A stretch of DNA of 64,000 bases. Source: Ignavibacteriota bacterium (GTDB taxonomy: Bacteria; Bacteroidota; Ignavibacteria; UBA10030). The position numbers and the translations under genes were made by a program. The notes beneath the pieces were generated by a model. It saw only the letters and a program-made list of their open reading frames with translations, ran no database searches and was not told the origin of the DNA. The stretch spans positions 12,061 through 76,060 of the forward strand of contig CAVSHO010000012.1 of the NCBI GenBank assembly GCA_963727825.1, read 5' to 3'. Below are positions 63,723 to 64,000 of the stretch, in pieces. Position 1 is the stretch's first letter; every line of letters begins with the position of its first letter.

Positions 63723-64000
63723 TATTATTAATTTGTTGCACAAATATTCTTGATAGACGAAATTCGATTCCAATAGCACAACTTTAATTTTGCTGACCAC
63801 AGGCAGCGCATTAACAAGATTCTTTTTGGTAATTAACCTGTACTGCTTTTGAACTCTCGTATTATTTAATACTTCTTGACAGCCAGCCTTAATAGAAAGA
63901 AACCATAATTGAAATTCGTACGATACAAATAAAAACTTAAAGCCAGTAGAACGCGATACCAAACCAAATAAGAAACGCTAATCGCTAGCGCGCTGCCTGT

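Overview
A 64 kb, roughly 40% GC bacterial chromosomal window. An NYPNPFNP-type C-terminal sorting domain, bshA and the gene content suggest an Ignavibacteria-like (FCB group) organism; this is an inference. The housekeeping backbone is rrf2-sufBCDSUAT-sod, an ABC exporter, bshA, pcrA/uvrD, ogt, ftsX, pheA, recR-ybaB, nucleoside/purine salvage genes, pepP, an acyl-CoA ligase and PAS-rich hybrid kinases. About nine genes carry single-base frameshifts that look like sequencing errors. The unusual content is mostly non-coding. (1) All three tRNA genes (Leu-CAA, Asn-GTT, Ile2-CAT) are flanked by partial copies of themselves. Each partial copy is interrupted by short hairpins (mostly 19-35 bp, in blocks up to 55 bp), while the functional gene is clean. 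At two loci a small GIY-YIG nuclease gene (one intact, one decayed) lies between the tRNA and its 3' copy. (2) The same type of mini-hairpin, often with a 5' YYTR tag (CTTG/CCTG/TTTA/CCTA) and no target duplication, is also inserted into REP palindromes, into other hairpins, into an attC site and in frame into a kinase gene. (3) A 76-bp REPIN-like mosaic array surrounds an internally deleted RAYT transposase. (4) An integron cassette array with long (159-195 bp) attC sites and ORF-less structured cassettes occupies the right end, and attC remnants occur elsewhere. (5) A candidate promoter-to-terminator sRNA lies at about 57.0-57.1 kb. All product calls come from motif recognition by eye; no database search was run.
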